64,000 bases of DNA from Nitrospiraceae bacterium. GTDB lineage: Bacteria; Nitrospirota; Nitrospiria; Nitrospirales; Nitrospiraceae. The notes beneath the pieces were generated by a model. That model did no database searches and was not told where the DNA came from. It saw only the letters and a program-made list of their open reading frames with translations. The DNA lies in NCBI GenBank assembly GCA_050246315.1, contig JBFWWG010000001.1:320001-384000 (forward strand), given 5' to 3'. Position numbers and translations under genes: made by a program. Shown here piece after piece: positions 51,825 to 60,857 of the stretch; the stretch's first letter is position 1; the number at the start of each line of letters is the position of its first letter.

Positions 51825-52102
51825 CGGAAACCTAGAAGCAGACCGCGGCGGTCAAGGCTGTGGAGAAAATCCAGCAGCTCCCGCCTCAGACCCTCGGAGG
51901 AGACAGCGCCATAGGTTCGAGCCAACCGATCCACCATGTCGTCGATCGTCCATTCTCCCGTGCAGAGGCGGGCAATCTCCGTTGCGGTCTGGTTCAGCTC
52001 AAGCCCGCGCTCCGGGTACAGGAGCAGATGACGGCCGGTTCGACGATCGAACCGAAGGCGGACTTTTGGACTAAGCCGAGGCCTGACGGTGAGGTTGCTC
52101 AT
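51821..52102 (-). CDS. pqqD: PQQ peptide chaperone
   Basis: RLRFD.....LLLYPERG..LN..A.EI..LC.G. Confidence 0.92.
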   Translation of the reverse strand: MSNLTVRPRLSPKVRLRFDRRTGRHLLLYPERGLELNQTATEIARLCTGEWTIDDMVDRLARTYGAVSSEGLRRELLDFLHSLDRRGLLLGFR

Positions 52103-52835
52103 CGATCGCGCGCTCCGGTTCCCACCCTGGTTGCACATAGGCCAGATAGAGACAATCGAGTAGATGCCACAGGATCTCCGCCTTCTTGATCAACGCCCGC
52201 ACGCATCGCTCCTGCACCTCATAGGTAACGGCGTGCCGGAGCACGAAGTCGATGGCCTGCTGTGAATCAAGGCCGGCACGTGCAATGCGCATCTGAAAAT
52301 AAGCCAAGGCCTCTCGGCTTACCCAGGGGTAATGCTGCGTCCAGGCTTCGATGCGACGGGCCATGAGCGTCGGTGCGAACAATTCGGTGAGCGAGGAGGC
52401 CACCGCTTCGAGCAACGAAGATTCGCGCACGAGCTGCACATACCCATCGCAGGCGAGCCGGACCCCCGGAAGCACCGACCGACAGCTCCTGACCTCCTCG
52501 ACATCGAGCCCCACGCCTCGGGCGAGTTCGAGCCATGACGCAAGTCCACCTTCTCCTTCCTCTTGGCCGTCGTGGTCCTGAATACGACAGAGCCAGATTC
52601 GCCGAAAGTTTGGGTCCTCGGACTTGGACAGGATGAGGGCGTCCTTGATGGGAATTCGAGTTTGATAGTAGTACCGGTTCAACACCCATTGTTGCAGTTG
52701 GCGCCTTGTCAACTGCCCCTCGTGCATCAGCCGGTGGTAGGGATGGCGGTCATGGTAGCGTCTGGAGCCTTCGCGCGTCAGCCGGCCCAGAAACTCGTCG
52801 CTCGACAACGGGTCGCGCGGCGGTTCTTCCTTCAT
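52071..52835 (-). CDS. pqqC: Pyrroloquinoline-quinone synthase
   Basis: YH..HP.H, NRYYYQ..IPIKD, RI.DHDG, SSLTELFAP. Confidence 0.95.
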   Translation of the reverse strand: MKEEPPRDPLSSDEFLGRLTREGSRRYHDRHPYHRLMHEGQLTRRQLQQWVLNRYYYQTRIPIKDALILSKSEDPNFRRIWLCRIQDHDGQEEGEGGLASWLELARGVGLDVEEVRSCRSVLPGVRLACDGYVQLVRESSLLEAVASSLTELFAPTLMARRIEAWTQHYPWVSREALAYFQMRIARAGLDSQQAIDFVLRHAVTYEVQERCVRALIKKAEILWHLLDCLYLAYVQPGWEPERAIDEQPHRQASA

Positions 52836-53755
52836 AGCTTGATCTCCATCCCGTCCCACGCGACCGTCCATCCGGCCGCTTCGACGATGGCTCGTTCAAG
52901 GGAATCGTCCCTCAAGAGGGGATTGGTGTTGTTGATGTGGATGAATATCCGCCGGGGCACCCCGAGCTTCGAGAGTCTCGACAGACTACCCTCTGGGCCT
53001 CCGACAGGCCAATGGGCCAAGTCCTCGGCCGATTTCTGGAGAAACCCCGGCGCGGACAGCTCATCGCTTGACCAAAAGGTGCCGTCGAACAGGAGACAAT
53101 CGGCCCCTTCCAACCCTTCCAAGACCGGGGGCGTGATCCTGCCGACCGCAGAATAATGGGTCAACACTCGCCCGTTGGCGGATTCGCGGAACTTAAGTCC
53201 CACATTCAGTTCCGGATCGAGAGGGGAGACGAGTCCTTCCAAATGGACCGGAGGCTTTCCCGGGACGGCCACGGCTGTCACCGTCAAACCCGACGGGGAG
53301 CCGTCCGCCCGCAGCACCGGTTCTTCAACTCCGACCGTCAGCGGTCGCCACGTGACCTGACCGGCAACACGCTGGAGCGTCCGGTACAGGACATTGCCTT
53401 CCGTGAATCCGCGTCGCACCGCTTCGGTCGCATAGACCACGAAGCGATGCTGTTCCCGGAGCGAGAGAAGCCCCAGGCAGTGATCCAGATCGCCGTTGGT
53501 CAAAAAGATCGCCTGGATCGGCGATGCGCGCCCGCTCCTCGGATAGAGAGGGGGGAAGCTCTCGATCTGCGAACGAATGTCCGGAGACGCATTGACGAGA
53601 AACCAGTTTTCATTGTCGACACTCAGACAGACGGACTCCTGTGTCCGAGGGCTCGCATGGATCAGTCCTTCCCGCAGGCCTCGGCAATTTACGCAGGCGC
53701 AGTTCCATTGCGGGAATCCCCCTCCGGCCGCCGATCCGAGAATGCGGACGATCAT
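52832..53755 (-). CDS. pqqB: PQQ biosynthesis protein B
   Basis: LGSAAGGGFPQWNC.C.NC, NASPD, FDGTFW, IHINNTNP. Confidence 0.96.
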   Translation of the reverse strand: MIVRILGSAAGGGFPQWNCACVNCRGLREGLIHASPRTQESVCLSVDNENWFLVNASPDIRSQIESFPPLYPRSGRASPIQAIFLTNGDLDHCLGLLSLREQHRFVVYATEAVRRGFTEGNVLYRTLQRVAGQVTWRPLTVGVEEPVLRADGSPSGLTVTAVAVPGKPPVHLEGLVSPLDPELNVGLKFRESANGRVLTHYSAVGRITPPVLEGLEGADCLLFDGTFWSSDELSAPGFLQKSAEDLAHWPVGGPEGSLSRLSKLGVPRRIFIHINNTNPLLRDDSLERAIVEAAGWTVAWDGMEIKL

Positions 53756-53809
53756 GCCAGCCACCAGTTCCTCTCACTAGAAATCATTTCAACCCCCCAT
53801 AACCGTGCG

Positions 53810-54005
53810 GTTCGGCTTCGCTCACCACAGGCGGTTCGACGGGCTCAGCACAGGCTTCACGAAACCTGTCCTGAGAATACCCACCGTCTCCTTCGAGAGC
53901 CTCAGGACGCACGGTTGGTTCATCGAAGGGCTCAGTACAAACGGGTAAACATCCTGCTTTCATGTGCACATCCGTTCCCCCAGAGCCCGTCGAAGGGCGA
54001 ACGGA
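53810..54005. repeat. Cluster of REP-like repeats between pqqA and pqqB
   Basis: Four or five degenerate TTCGAnnnGCTCAGnnCnnACGG units plus an inverted unit. Confidence 0.7.
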
Positions 54006-54022
54006 GGATTCTGAAATGACTG

Positions 54023-54160
54023 CTATTCTTGCGCGGTAGTGGCGACCGGCGTTTCCGTCGCCGACTCCTTGATATCTGGAATGTCGGAAAAATCATCCTG
54101 ATACGAGTTGATCTCGGCGTCCATGTTCAGTTCGACAAACGACGGGGTTTCCCAGTCCAT
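54023..54160 (-). CDS. pqqA: PQQ precursor peptide
   Basis: MDWETPSFVELNMDAEINSY, with the W..P leader and E-x3-Y core; AGGAGG RBS; upstream of pqqB. Confidence 0.85.
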   Translation of the reverse strand: MDWETPSFVELNMDAEINSYQDDFSDIPDIKESATETPVATTAQE

Positions 54161-54235
54161 GACGGTTCCTCCTTTCGCCAGGTGCTTGTATTGCGTCCCC
54201 ATCACGCGTCTCGTGGCCACGGCGTCGGTCTCGGG

Positions 54236-55342
54236 TTACCCCGTCGGTTCGCTGTCCAGTTGATGCGCCTTGCGACCGCCGCGCGCGAGCGGGCGTTCCG
54301 GCACCTGGCCTTCGACCATGAGTCTCGCCATGTCCGCGGTTCGTGCCACGAGTTCTTGGGCTCCTTCGCGCAGCTCCCGACTGTTCTGGACTTCGCTGAC
54401 GTTCCGCTCCATGTCCTCCGCGCTCCAGCCCCGTGAGTGGGCGATGAACGGGAATTGCGGGAACTGGCAGCCGACTTCCGCCCAAAAGGTCATGAGTTGT
54501 CCCGCCACGCCCTGCACGTTATCTTGCCCGCCCATGATGATGAAGGCCGCCACCTTGTTCTTGAGCAAATGCCGGTTCGCGATCGTCTCCTGATTTTGGA
54601 TGCAGTTCATTCGCTCGACCATCTTGTAATAGAGACTGCTCGCATTCCCCCAGCGGATCGGCGTGGCGACCAGGATGACATCCGCCCAATAGACAATGGC
54701 TTCGTACACGCGATCGAGTTGGTCGGTCGGGTCCATCTGTGTGATCGAACAGGGCCAGGTGCAGGCATAGGCCGACTTCGAATAGAAGCCTTCGCAGGCG
54801 CGAAAGTTCAGCTCCCGCAGTTTGATGTATTGGGTTTCCAGTTGTAGCTCGCTCCGCGCGTGATCCAATGCTACTTCGAGGAGCGCGTCCGAGCCGCTGT
54901 AGCGCGGATGGTCGAGCGTCATTGCCGTCGTGGAGATGCCGACCACGCGAATCGGGCCATCCTGCCGGACGATCGCACGGGCCAATGGATGGGGTTTGTG
55001 CGGCTGCTTCTTCCTCCTCGTGGCGGAGGATACATCGATATAGAGCCGGCCGTTCTCGATCTTCGTCGCATAGACCGGAACCCGATCCTGCTCGTATCCT
55101 GGTTCCCCTTGGCCGGTTCGACGGTGGAACTTCCAATAGTGCCAGGGACACACAATATAGTCGCCATCCAGCCGGCCCTCGCCGAGCGGTCCACCGACGT
55201 GATTGCAGACGCCGGAGATTGCAGCAAATGTTCCGTCTTTGTATGACAGCGCGATCGGGGTCGTCCCGTACATCACTTCCTGCAAAGACTTGGTCCTTAG
55301 CTCCTCGACGGTCCCAACCTCGACCCATTGGCTTTCAGGCAT
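54236..55342 (-). CDS. Rieske ferredoxin fused to an NADPH-dependent FMN reductase/iron-sulfur flavoprotein domain
   Basis: CNH...CPWH Rieske ligands; flavodoxin part with CEG...C.WPC, ATPIRWG. Confidence 0.85.
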   Translation of the reverse strand: MPESQWVEVGTVEELRTKSLQEVMYGTTPIALSYKDGTFAAISGVCNHVGGPLGEGRLDGDYIVCPWHYWKFHRRTGQGEPGYEQDRVPVYATKIENGRLYIDVSSATRRKKQPHKPHPLARAIVRQDGPIRVVGISTTAMTLDHPRYSGSDALLEVALDHARSELQLETQYIKLRELNFRACEGFYSKSAYACTWPCSITQMDPTDQLDRVYEAIVYWADVILVATPIRWGNASSLYYKMVERMNCIQNQETIANRHLLKNKVAAFIIMGGQDNVQGVAGQLMTFWAEVGCQFPQFPFIAHSRGWSAEDMERNVSEVQNSRELREGAQELVARTADMARLMVEGQVPERPLARGGRKAHQLDSEPTG

Positions 55343-55424
55343 CCTACTACCTCTTGATCCATGCTGTACGCCGATCGACTCAACCTATCGAGCTGATGAA
55401 TCTCATCTTGCCGTCGGCATTCTC

Positions 55425-57470
55425 CTAGAGGCAACCGGGGAGATCGTTCTCTCCCACCCAGACCGTCGCCTTCTCGCAATCCGCTGCGCTCGGCGGCTGA
55501 GGGTCGGGGACCTTCCGGTCCACCGGCGGCAATGTGCGGATGTACGCGACCAAGGATCGGATGTCTTCCTCATCCCAGTTCGACGCAAAATCCCAGATCA
55601 TGCCTTGCCAATGCAGCGCCCGCCCGTTCGCGGAGACTCCGCTCCGAATGGCCCGAGCAAGGGCCGCATCGGACCAGGCGCCGATCCCATTCGTCGGGTG
55701 GGAGGAAATGTTGCGCGACCACCTGGTGCCCGCCGGCGCCCAACTGGTTTTCCTATCTCCCTCTCCGTTGCCCTGATGGCACATGGCGCAGGAGGAGATC
55801 GTAAACAGATACTTCCCTCGCATCACCATGGCGCCATGTTCTTGATTGCGGAACGTGGCCGGGTCCGGTTCATGAACGGTCGCCAGAACCGGGTTCGCAA
55901 TCACCTCCGGCGGAATGAATGCTGTCGCCGGCATCTCGTACAGGATTCGGAGAAGCAACGCCAGGATCCCGATGCCCGCGACCCCGAGAATCAGGAGCAC
56001 CCATCCGGTCGGCCTCCGCGGCCAGCGTCGTTCAGACGGACCGGCCAGGATGAACGCGACCACGCCCAGACCCAAGACCAGCCATTGCGCCATGATCAAC
56101 GCCTCTTGCGGCAGATGGCGCCGGATCGGCTCGGCCGTGGATTGACCGAAATTGCCGTCCAGGAACGTGATCGTTTCGGGTAGGGCCGCGGGGAGCGGAC
56201 GTGTCAGTTTCCCCACGACGGTTTCCACGATCCCGTAGCGAAGCGGCGGAGGGATGAGGTTGCGCACGGGGGTCAGGGTTTTCAGATACCCGGCGATCGC
56301 CTGCGCATCGTCGTCCTTGAGGGCGTGCAAGAAATGCCACGGCATGTCGAACACGTTCAGATGTCGCTCGGGGGTCTTGCCGTTCCGGAACGCCTCGATA
56401 ATCTGTTCCGGCGTCCAGCGGCCCAGCCCCGTGTCCGGATCGGAGGTCAGGTTGCGCGACACGAGGACGCCGTGCGGCCAGACGTCCACCCGCTGCCCGC
56501 CCGCCAGATAAAACTCGTCCCGGTAGATGCCTCCTCTCGTCGCCTGCGTGTGGCAGAGGCCGCACATTTGCGCATGCACCAGATAGTCGCCTCGCTTGAC
56601 CAAATCCGCCTGCCGGCCCGGCCCGCCGAATTGACCGCCCGGTTCCCACGGAGGAATCCGGGATAACGAGAGGACAAAGTTGACCAGATCCCAACGCTCG
56701 TCCGGGGTGGTCATGTCCGCGAACGACGGCATGGGACTGGGGGCGAGACCGGTCGTGATCCGCAACCAGATTTGCTCGGGCTCGCTCCCTCCTCGGAAGG
56801 TCCAGGGCGCGGTGAGGTCGCGAGAGATAACCGGCTGACCCTTCGCATCAACCAATCGGACACCGCCGCGGGCTTCCGGTCCATGACAGACGATGCAAGT
56901 CTTCGCAGTGAAGAGCGCGCGGCCCCGGCCGATGCTGGCCGCATCGGGTGGGACCCGCGGGGGGATCGTGAGTGGGGTTGGAGCGGGACCGGCAAAGACG
57001 TTCGACAGGCTCTTGACGTGGGCCACGACCTCGCGAATCTCCTCCGCGCTCAGGATATCCTGCCAGAAGGGCATGGCGCTGGCCCGGAGTCCGGTCGAAA
57101 CCGTCCGGATCAGATCGGCATCGCTCGGCGGCTGACCGGGCGGCGTGGACTTGTATTTGAATTGGCCTCGGGTGAAATCACGAGGGCGGGGAGTCAATGC
57201 CGGGGCCGCCGGACCGTTGCCGCGACCATCAGGGCCGTGACAGACCGCGCAGCGCTGGGCGAAGACTCGCTGGCCGGTCGGGGTGTCGGGTGAGAGATCA
57301 GCTCCGGGCGGCCAGGTGAGTTCAGCATGGACTGATGGATCCGGTTGCCAGTTTTCAAAGGGCTGACTGTAGCCCACCCGCGCATAGATCGACCGACCGA
57401 GATCCAGCAGGAGCAGCAGCCCCAGCGTGCCCCCCACGACCCGCCGCCGTGAGCGCAGAAAAGTTCCCAT
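55425..57470 (-). CDS. Membrane-anchored tetrahaem cytochrome c
   Basis: Four CxxCH motifs (CAVCH, CIVCH, CGLCH, CAMCH); N-terminal anchor and two TM helices before haem 4. Confidence 0.9.
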   Translation of the reverse strand: MGTFLRSRRRVVGGTLGLLLLLDLGRSIYARVGYSQPFENWQPDPSVHAELTWPPGADLSPDTPTGQRVFAQRCAVCHGPDGRGNGPAAPALTPRPRDFTRGQFKYKSTPPGQPPSDADLIRTVSTGLRASAMPFWQDILSAEEIREVVAHVKSLSNVFAGPAPTPLTIPPRVPPDAASIGRGRALFTAKTCIVCHGPEARGGVRLVDAKGQPVISRDLTAPWTFRGGSEPEQIWLRITTGLAPSPMPSFADMTTPDERWDLVNFVLSLSRIPPWEPGGQFGGPGRQADLVKRGDYLVHAQMCGLCHTQATRGGIYRDEFYLAGGQRVDVWPHGVLVSRNLTSDPDTGLGRWTPEQIIEAFRNGKTPERHLNVFDMPWHFLHALKDDDAQAIAGYLKTLTPVRNLIPPPLRYGIVETVVGKLTRPLPAALPETITFLDGNFGQSTAEPIRRHLPQEALIMAQWLVLGLGVVAFILAGPSERRWPRRPTGWVLLILGVAGIGILALLLRILYEMPATAFIPPEVIANPVLATVHEPDPATFRNQEHGAMVMRGKYLFTISSCAMCHQGNGEGDRKTSWAPAGTRWSRNISSHPTNGIGAWSDAALARAIRSGVSANGRALHWQGMIWDFASNWDEEDIRSLVAYIRTLPPVDRKVPDPQPPSAADCEKATVWVGENDLPGCL

Positions 57471-57542
57471 GGCAGATCACCCACTCCTTTAGTTTTCTCC
57501 GACCGTTGAATGTGGCATCTGGCCGGCTGGTGGCATCTGTTT

Positions 57543-57605
57543 GCTTAACGTTCGCGTTAAGGCGCGTGCGTCTTCGCACGTCGCCTCTTGAACGCGTTGT
57601 TATGC
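57543..57605 (-). mobile_element. Integron attC site (63 bp)
   Basis: Minus strand reads GCATAAC-AACGC-GTTCAAG...CTTAAC-GCGAAC-GTTAAGC, a hairpin with bulged C and A; overlaps the TAA of the cassette gene. Confidence 0.88.
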
Positions 57606-59045
57606 ATTCTCCGAGGCCGCCTTTTCAATCTGAGTTTCGTCAGCCGCTTCGGGCGCAGTAGGCGGGTTGGGAAACGCTACGCGGCCCGTCGTATCCAAGA
57701 GAGCGCGCCTACACGCGCTTGCATACTCTGGATCCGAGTTGCCGACGAGATACTGTACGGGCCAAAACATGTCGACGGTAAAGACCAAAGCAGTCGAGGA
57801 CGTAGCTGCCGCGCTATAGCACTTCTCCGTGAATGGATCTCCGCGCTCCGCTACTGGAGCGAGGCGGAAGCCGTTGCCAAAGAGAACAGGCTTTGCGGGC
57901 GTAGACGTAGTCTCACGCTGTAGGTCCTCATGTATATTCATCGCCAGCTGCCTAAGTTTGTCGATGTTTACTGCCTTAGAGTCTTTGCCTTCTGCTTCTC
58001 CAATAAGCCTACCTTCTTGAGACTCGAAGACGACGTCGAACTCGGAGTCAGATTCTTTGAAAGGAGCCGCGGTAAAGCCGAAGACTCGAAGCGCCTCAAT
58101 AATCGCGCCTTCTAATGGTTTACCTTTCTCGAACAGCAGCGCGCGGTGAGCGCCAGCCGCCCTCAGTTCCTCGGAAACTTTTTCCTTGCGTTTCTGCGAC
58201 TCCTCGAGCTGCTGCTCGACTTCCAGTAGCTGCATGCGAAACGCGCTCTCGGTCTTTAGAGAAAACTTCGGATCGCTGGCCCACGCCGGTTCCGGAGTAA
58301 TCTCGCCCCCTGCTCATAGAGTTTTTTCCAAGGCTACGACCGTAGTCACCATGCGAGCCCCGAACTGCTCCGCTGCGGAAGTCCAGGTTTGCTTCTCTCC
58401 TTTTGGCTTCAAGAAACCATCTCGATAGAAGTCGATGTCAGGAAGGAGTACCAGCGTTCCCGGCGATCCCTTGCTGCGATACATGGCGCCAACCGCTTTG
58501 TCTCCCGTTCTTGTAACGATGCAAGCCGGGACCTTTGGGTCTGTGAGAATAACTTGATACTTGGAGTCACTCTCGAACTCGGCCCAATATGACGCTAGAA
58601 CCTCGGCGCCTCGTGGGGCGAGCTTCATTGCGCTGCCGGTGCCTGCGATCGGCGAAATCGCGGCCGGGACTGCTTGATAGTTGTTGTATTCCGTAACGTG
58701 GCGCGTCGTTCTCTGGTTACGACCGGTCCCCGAATACGATCGTTGACCTGTGTCTACAAAAACCTCGTCGAGGGCCGGAAGAAAGACCAAAACCGTTTTA
58801 CCAGTCTCAACCGCTTGCTTGATCTCTCGTCTCCAGTGCTCGCAACATTCTCTCAATCGAAATGAAGAACTGTCGCTGAGGCTATTCTTCCCTTGATAGT
58901 AGTCACCTCCGTACGCATAGAACTGCTCAATTACAGGCTTGAACAACACGATGTCCCAATCGAGAAGGGACATCTTCGAATCGAAGCTCGCATACTGCAC
59001 ATCGGCGGCAGCTAGCTCTAAACCAACCGTCAAAATACGCTTCAT
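57600..59045 (-). pseudogene. Gene-cassette ORF (~481 codons) interrupted by one in-frame TGA; coiled coil and putative PD-(D/E)XK-like C-terminus
   Basis: ORFs 58314-59045 and 57600-58235 are in the same frame across EKTL*AGGEITPEP; EFDVVF...IGEAEGK motif; visibly lower GC than the flanks. Confidence 0.75.
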
Positions 59046-59069
59046 AAGTCTAGTGCAGTGCTCTTGGAT

Positions 59070-59110
59070 GCATAACTATTAAGTCTGCTGCGGCCTACCC
59101 GTGCCGCATA
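59070..59110 (-). other. Cassette 5' core site GTTATGC with attI-like upstream sequence
   Basis: GTTATGC is the exact complement of the attC R'' GCATAAC; no attC hairpin precedes it. Confidence 0.6.
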
Positions 59111-59394
59111 TCACGGTAGATTCAGCGCTTCCCTGGAGGGCAAGTCTACTGACAAATTCAACACGTATTCAATATTTCATGCTGCTTCGCCCACGGGGAT
59201 AGACGGCGACTTCCGCAGTCTATCCGGCTATCAGCCCGCAGTCTATTCCGGCCAATCATGTGGAGTCACAGGCGGTCTGCCGGGCTATCCACTCCACGTC
59301 CACCTCGATTGATCACATTCATAGATACAGCGTAAGGGGCTGGTGGCATCCCTTTCTACTTCTGGAGTTCAACGCGGGCCAATCATGTTGAACC

Positions 59395-59412
59395 TATGTC
59401 AGCTATGACATA
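59395..59412. promoter_or_regulatory. Palindromic operator upstream of the TA operon
   Basis: TATGTCA-gcta-TGACATA just upstream of the toxin start. Confidence 0.6.
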
Positions 59413-59424
59413 TCCTGAGGCCGG

Positions 59425-59771
59425 ATGTCGTCAACTGATAAGCCTTTGGCCTGGCTGCATGGAGAGGTCAAGAGTCCGCCGTTCTCGCCCGGAACTCGAC
59501 TAGAGGCCGGCGTGCTGCTGCACCGCTTGCAGCGTGGTGAGAAGCTTGGAATGCCGCATTCGAGGCCCATACCCAGCATTGGGCGGCGATGCCATGAATT
59601 GAGGTTCAGGACAAAGAGGCGACCTGGCGCATCGTGTACCTCTTAGAAACCGACGCGATCGTGATTCTCGAAGTATTCAGCAAGAAAACCCCAGGCACGC
59701 CGCAACACGTGATTCAGGCATGTCAACGGCGTATGCGTGCATATGAACGGGCAGCGTGCGAGGAGGAGTGA
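59425..59771 (+). pseudogene. RelE/HigB (Gp49-like) toxin, frameshifted
   Basis: One base missing near 59605; restoring it gives HELR.QDKEATWRIVY...ILEVFSKKT..TP. Confidence 0.8.
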
Positions 59772-59773
59772 CG

Positions 59774-60103
59774 ATGAACAAAGCGAAGCGGACGCGGCTT
59801 GAGCCGCGGGGCTGGCGAGTGGGAACGGCCGGCGACTTCCTGAGGTTGAAGTCGGAAGAGGCCGCGCTGATCGAGATGAAGGTGCGATTGAGCCAGGCGC
59901 TACGCGCGCGACGCGAAGACCGCGGTCTCTCGCAGATTGGACTCGCCAAGCGGCTGCGGTCCAGTCAGTCTCGTGTGGCGAAAATGGAAGCAGCCGATCA
60001 GACCGTTTCCATCGACCTGCTTGTGCGAGGGTTGGTCGTGCTCGGCGCGATACCCCGGGACATCGCGAGGTTCTTGGGGCGCGACTCCGGAGTGGCCGCC
60101 TAA
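59774..60103 (+). CDS. HigA-like XRE HTH antitoxin
   Basis: LSQ..LAKRL.SSQSRVAKME; follows the toxin directly. Confidence 0.85.
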   Translation: MNKAKRTRLEPRGWRVGTAGDFLRLKSEEAALIEMKVRLSQALRARREDRGLSQIGLAKRLRSSQSRVAKMEAADQTVSIDLLVRGLVVLGAIPRDIARFLGRDSGVAA

Positions 60104-60253
60104 CCCACATTGTTTATGAACGTTTCTGCTGCAATTGCGGATTCGCTACTGCGATAAGCCTACACACGGCTTGCGCAGTGCGCAGGCGGGGTCGCCCCTC
60201 ACCGCGAAACTGAGACTGTCGGCGTGTCGATATTCACCGGTCGATGGTGACAA

Positions 60254-60517
60254 CTACGGCGTAGTCTGATCGGCCTGCTGACGCGTGCGATCCGCAGCCC
60301 CTTTAATGACATCCTCCGTTTGTCGAGTCTTCTCCATGGGCGTCTTCATCTGCTGAATCATCGCGTCCGCATCTTGGCGCGAGGGCGGAGGCGTGTCCTC
60401 CACATGCTTGTTGGTGGCAGACCCGATCGGTTTCGCCGTCGGATCTTGTCGCTCACAGGCCCCAAACGTGAGGAAGAGCAGACTCCCCATGGCCAGACTC
60501 ATTCCAAGATGTGTCAT
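60254..60517 (-). CDS. Small lipoprotein of unknown function
   Basis: Lipobox FGAC after a hydrophobic stretch; GAGG RBS. Confidence 0.65.
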   Translation of the reverse strand: MTHLGMSLAMGSLLFLTFGACERQDPTAKPIGSATNKHVEDTPPPSRQDADAMIQQMKTPMEKTRQTEDVIKGAADRTRQQADQTTP

Positions 60518-60857
60518 GCGTGTTCCCTCATCATCCCACTTCCGCCGGTGTGAGCGAAGATATACCGCCACGCACCGCGAAATGGTTCCAGCCACGTCCA
60601 GTTCACGCCGAGGTGCACAGTCAAGCCATGCCCCATCTCAAGTGTCCTGGATGAAGCAATGGGGTCACGAATCGTTCCTGATGCACGCGCTTTGACCGGG
60701 CATTCTCGCAATGGAGTCCTGACATCGTCCTTCCCTCCTCGATCCCTCATCACAAAGCCCACTCACATGCCGCGCTCGGCAACACTATTGCCTCAACCTT
60801 GAAGAAAGACATCCTCGACAGTTAGTCGATCCCGATCAAGGATTGATCCGGCGCATC

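Noticed and set aside
53784..53969. 61-aa ORF between pqqA and pqqB
   Set aside because: It is a translation of the REP-like repeats.
53810..54005. Possible CRISPR array
   Set aside because: Units are degenerate, in mixed orientation and irregularly spaced; no cas genes.
58314..58316. Selenocysteine readthrough of the in-frame TGA
   Set aside because: The context is a linker (EKTL*AGGE), not a redox motif, and no SECIS could be supported; CGA-to-TGA mutation is simpler.
59110..59400. Integron integrase gene
   Set aside because: No ORF with tyrosine-recombinase motifs; at most a non-coding remnant.
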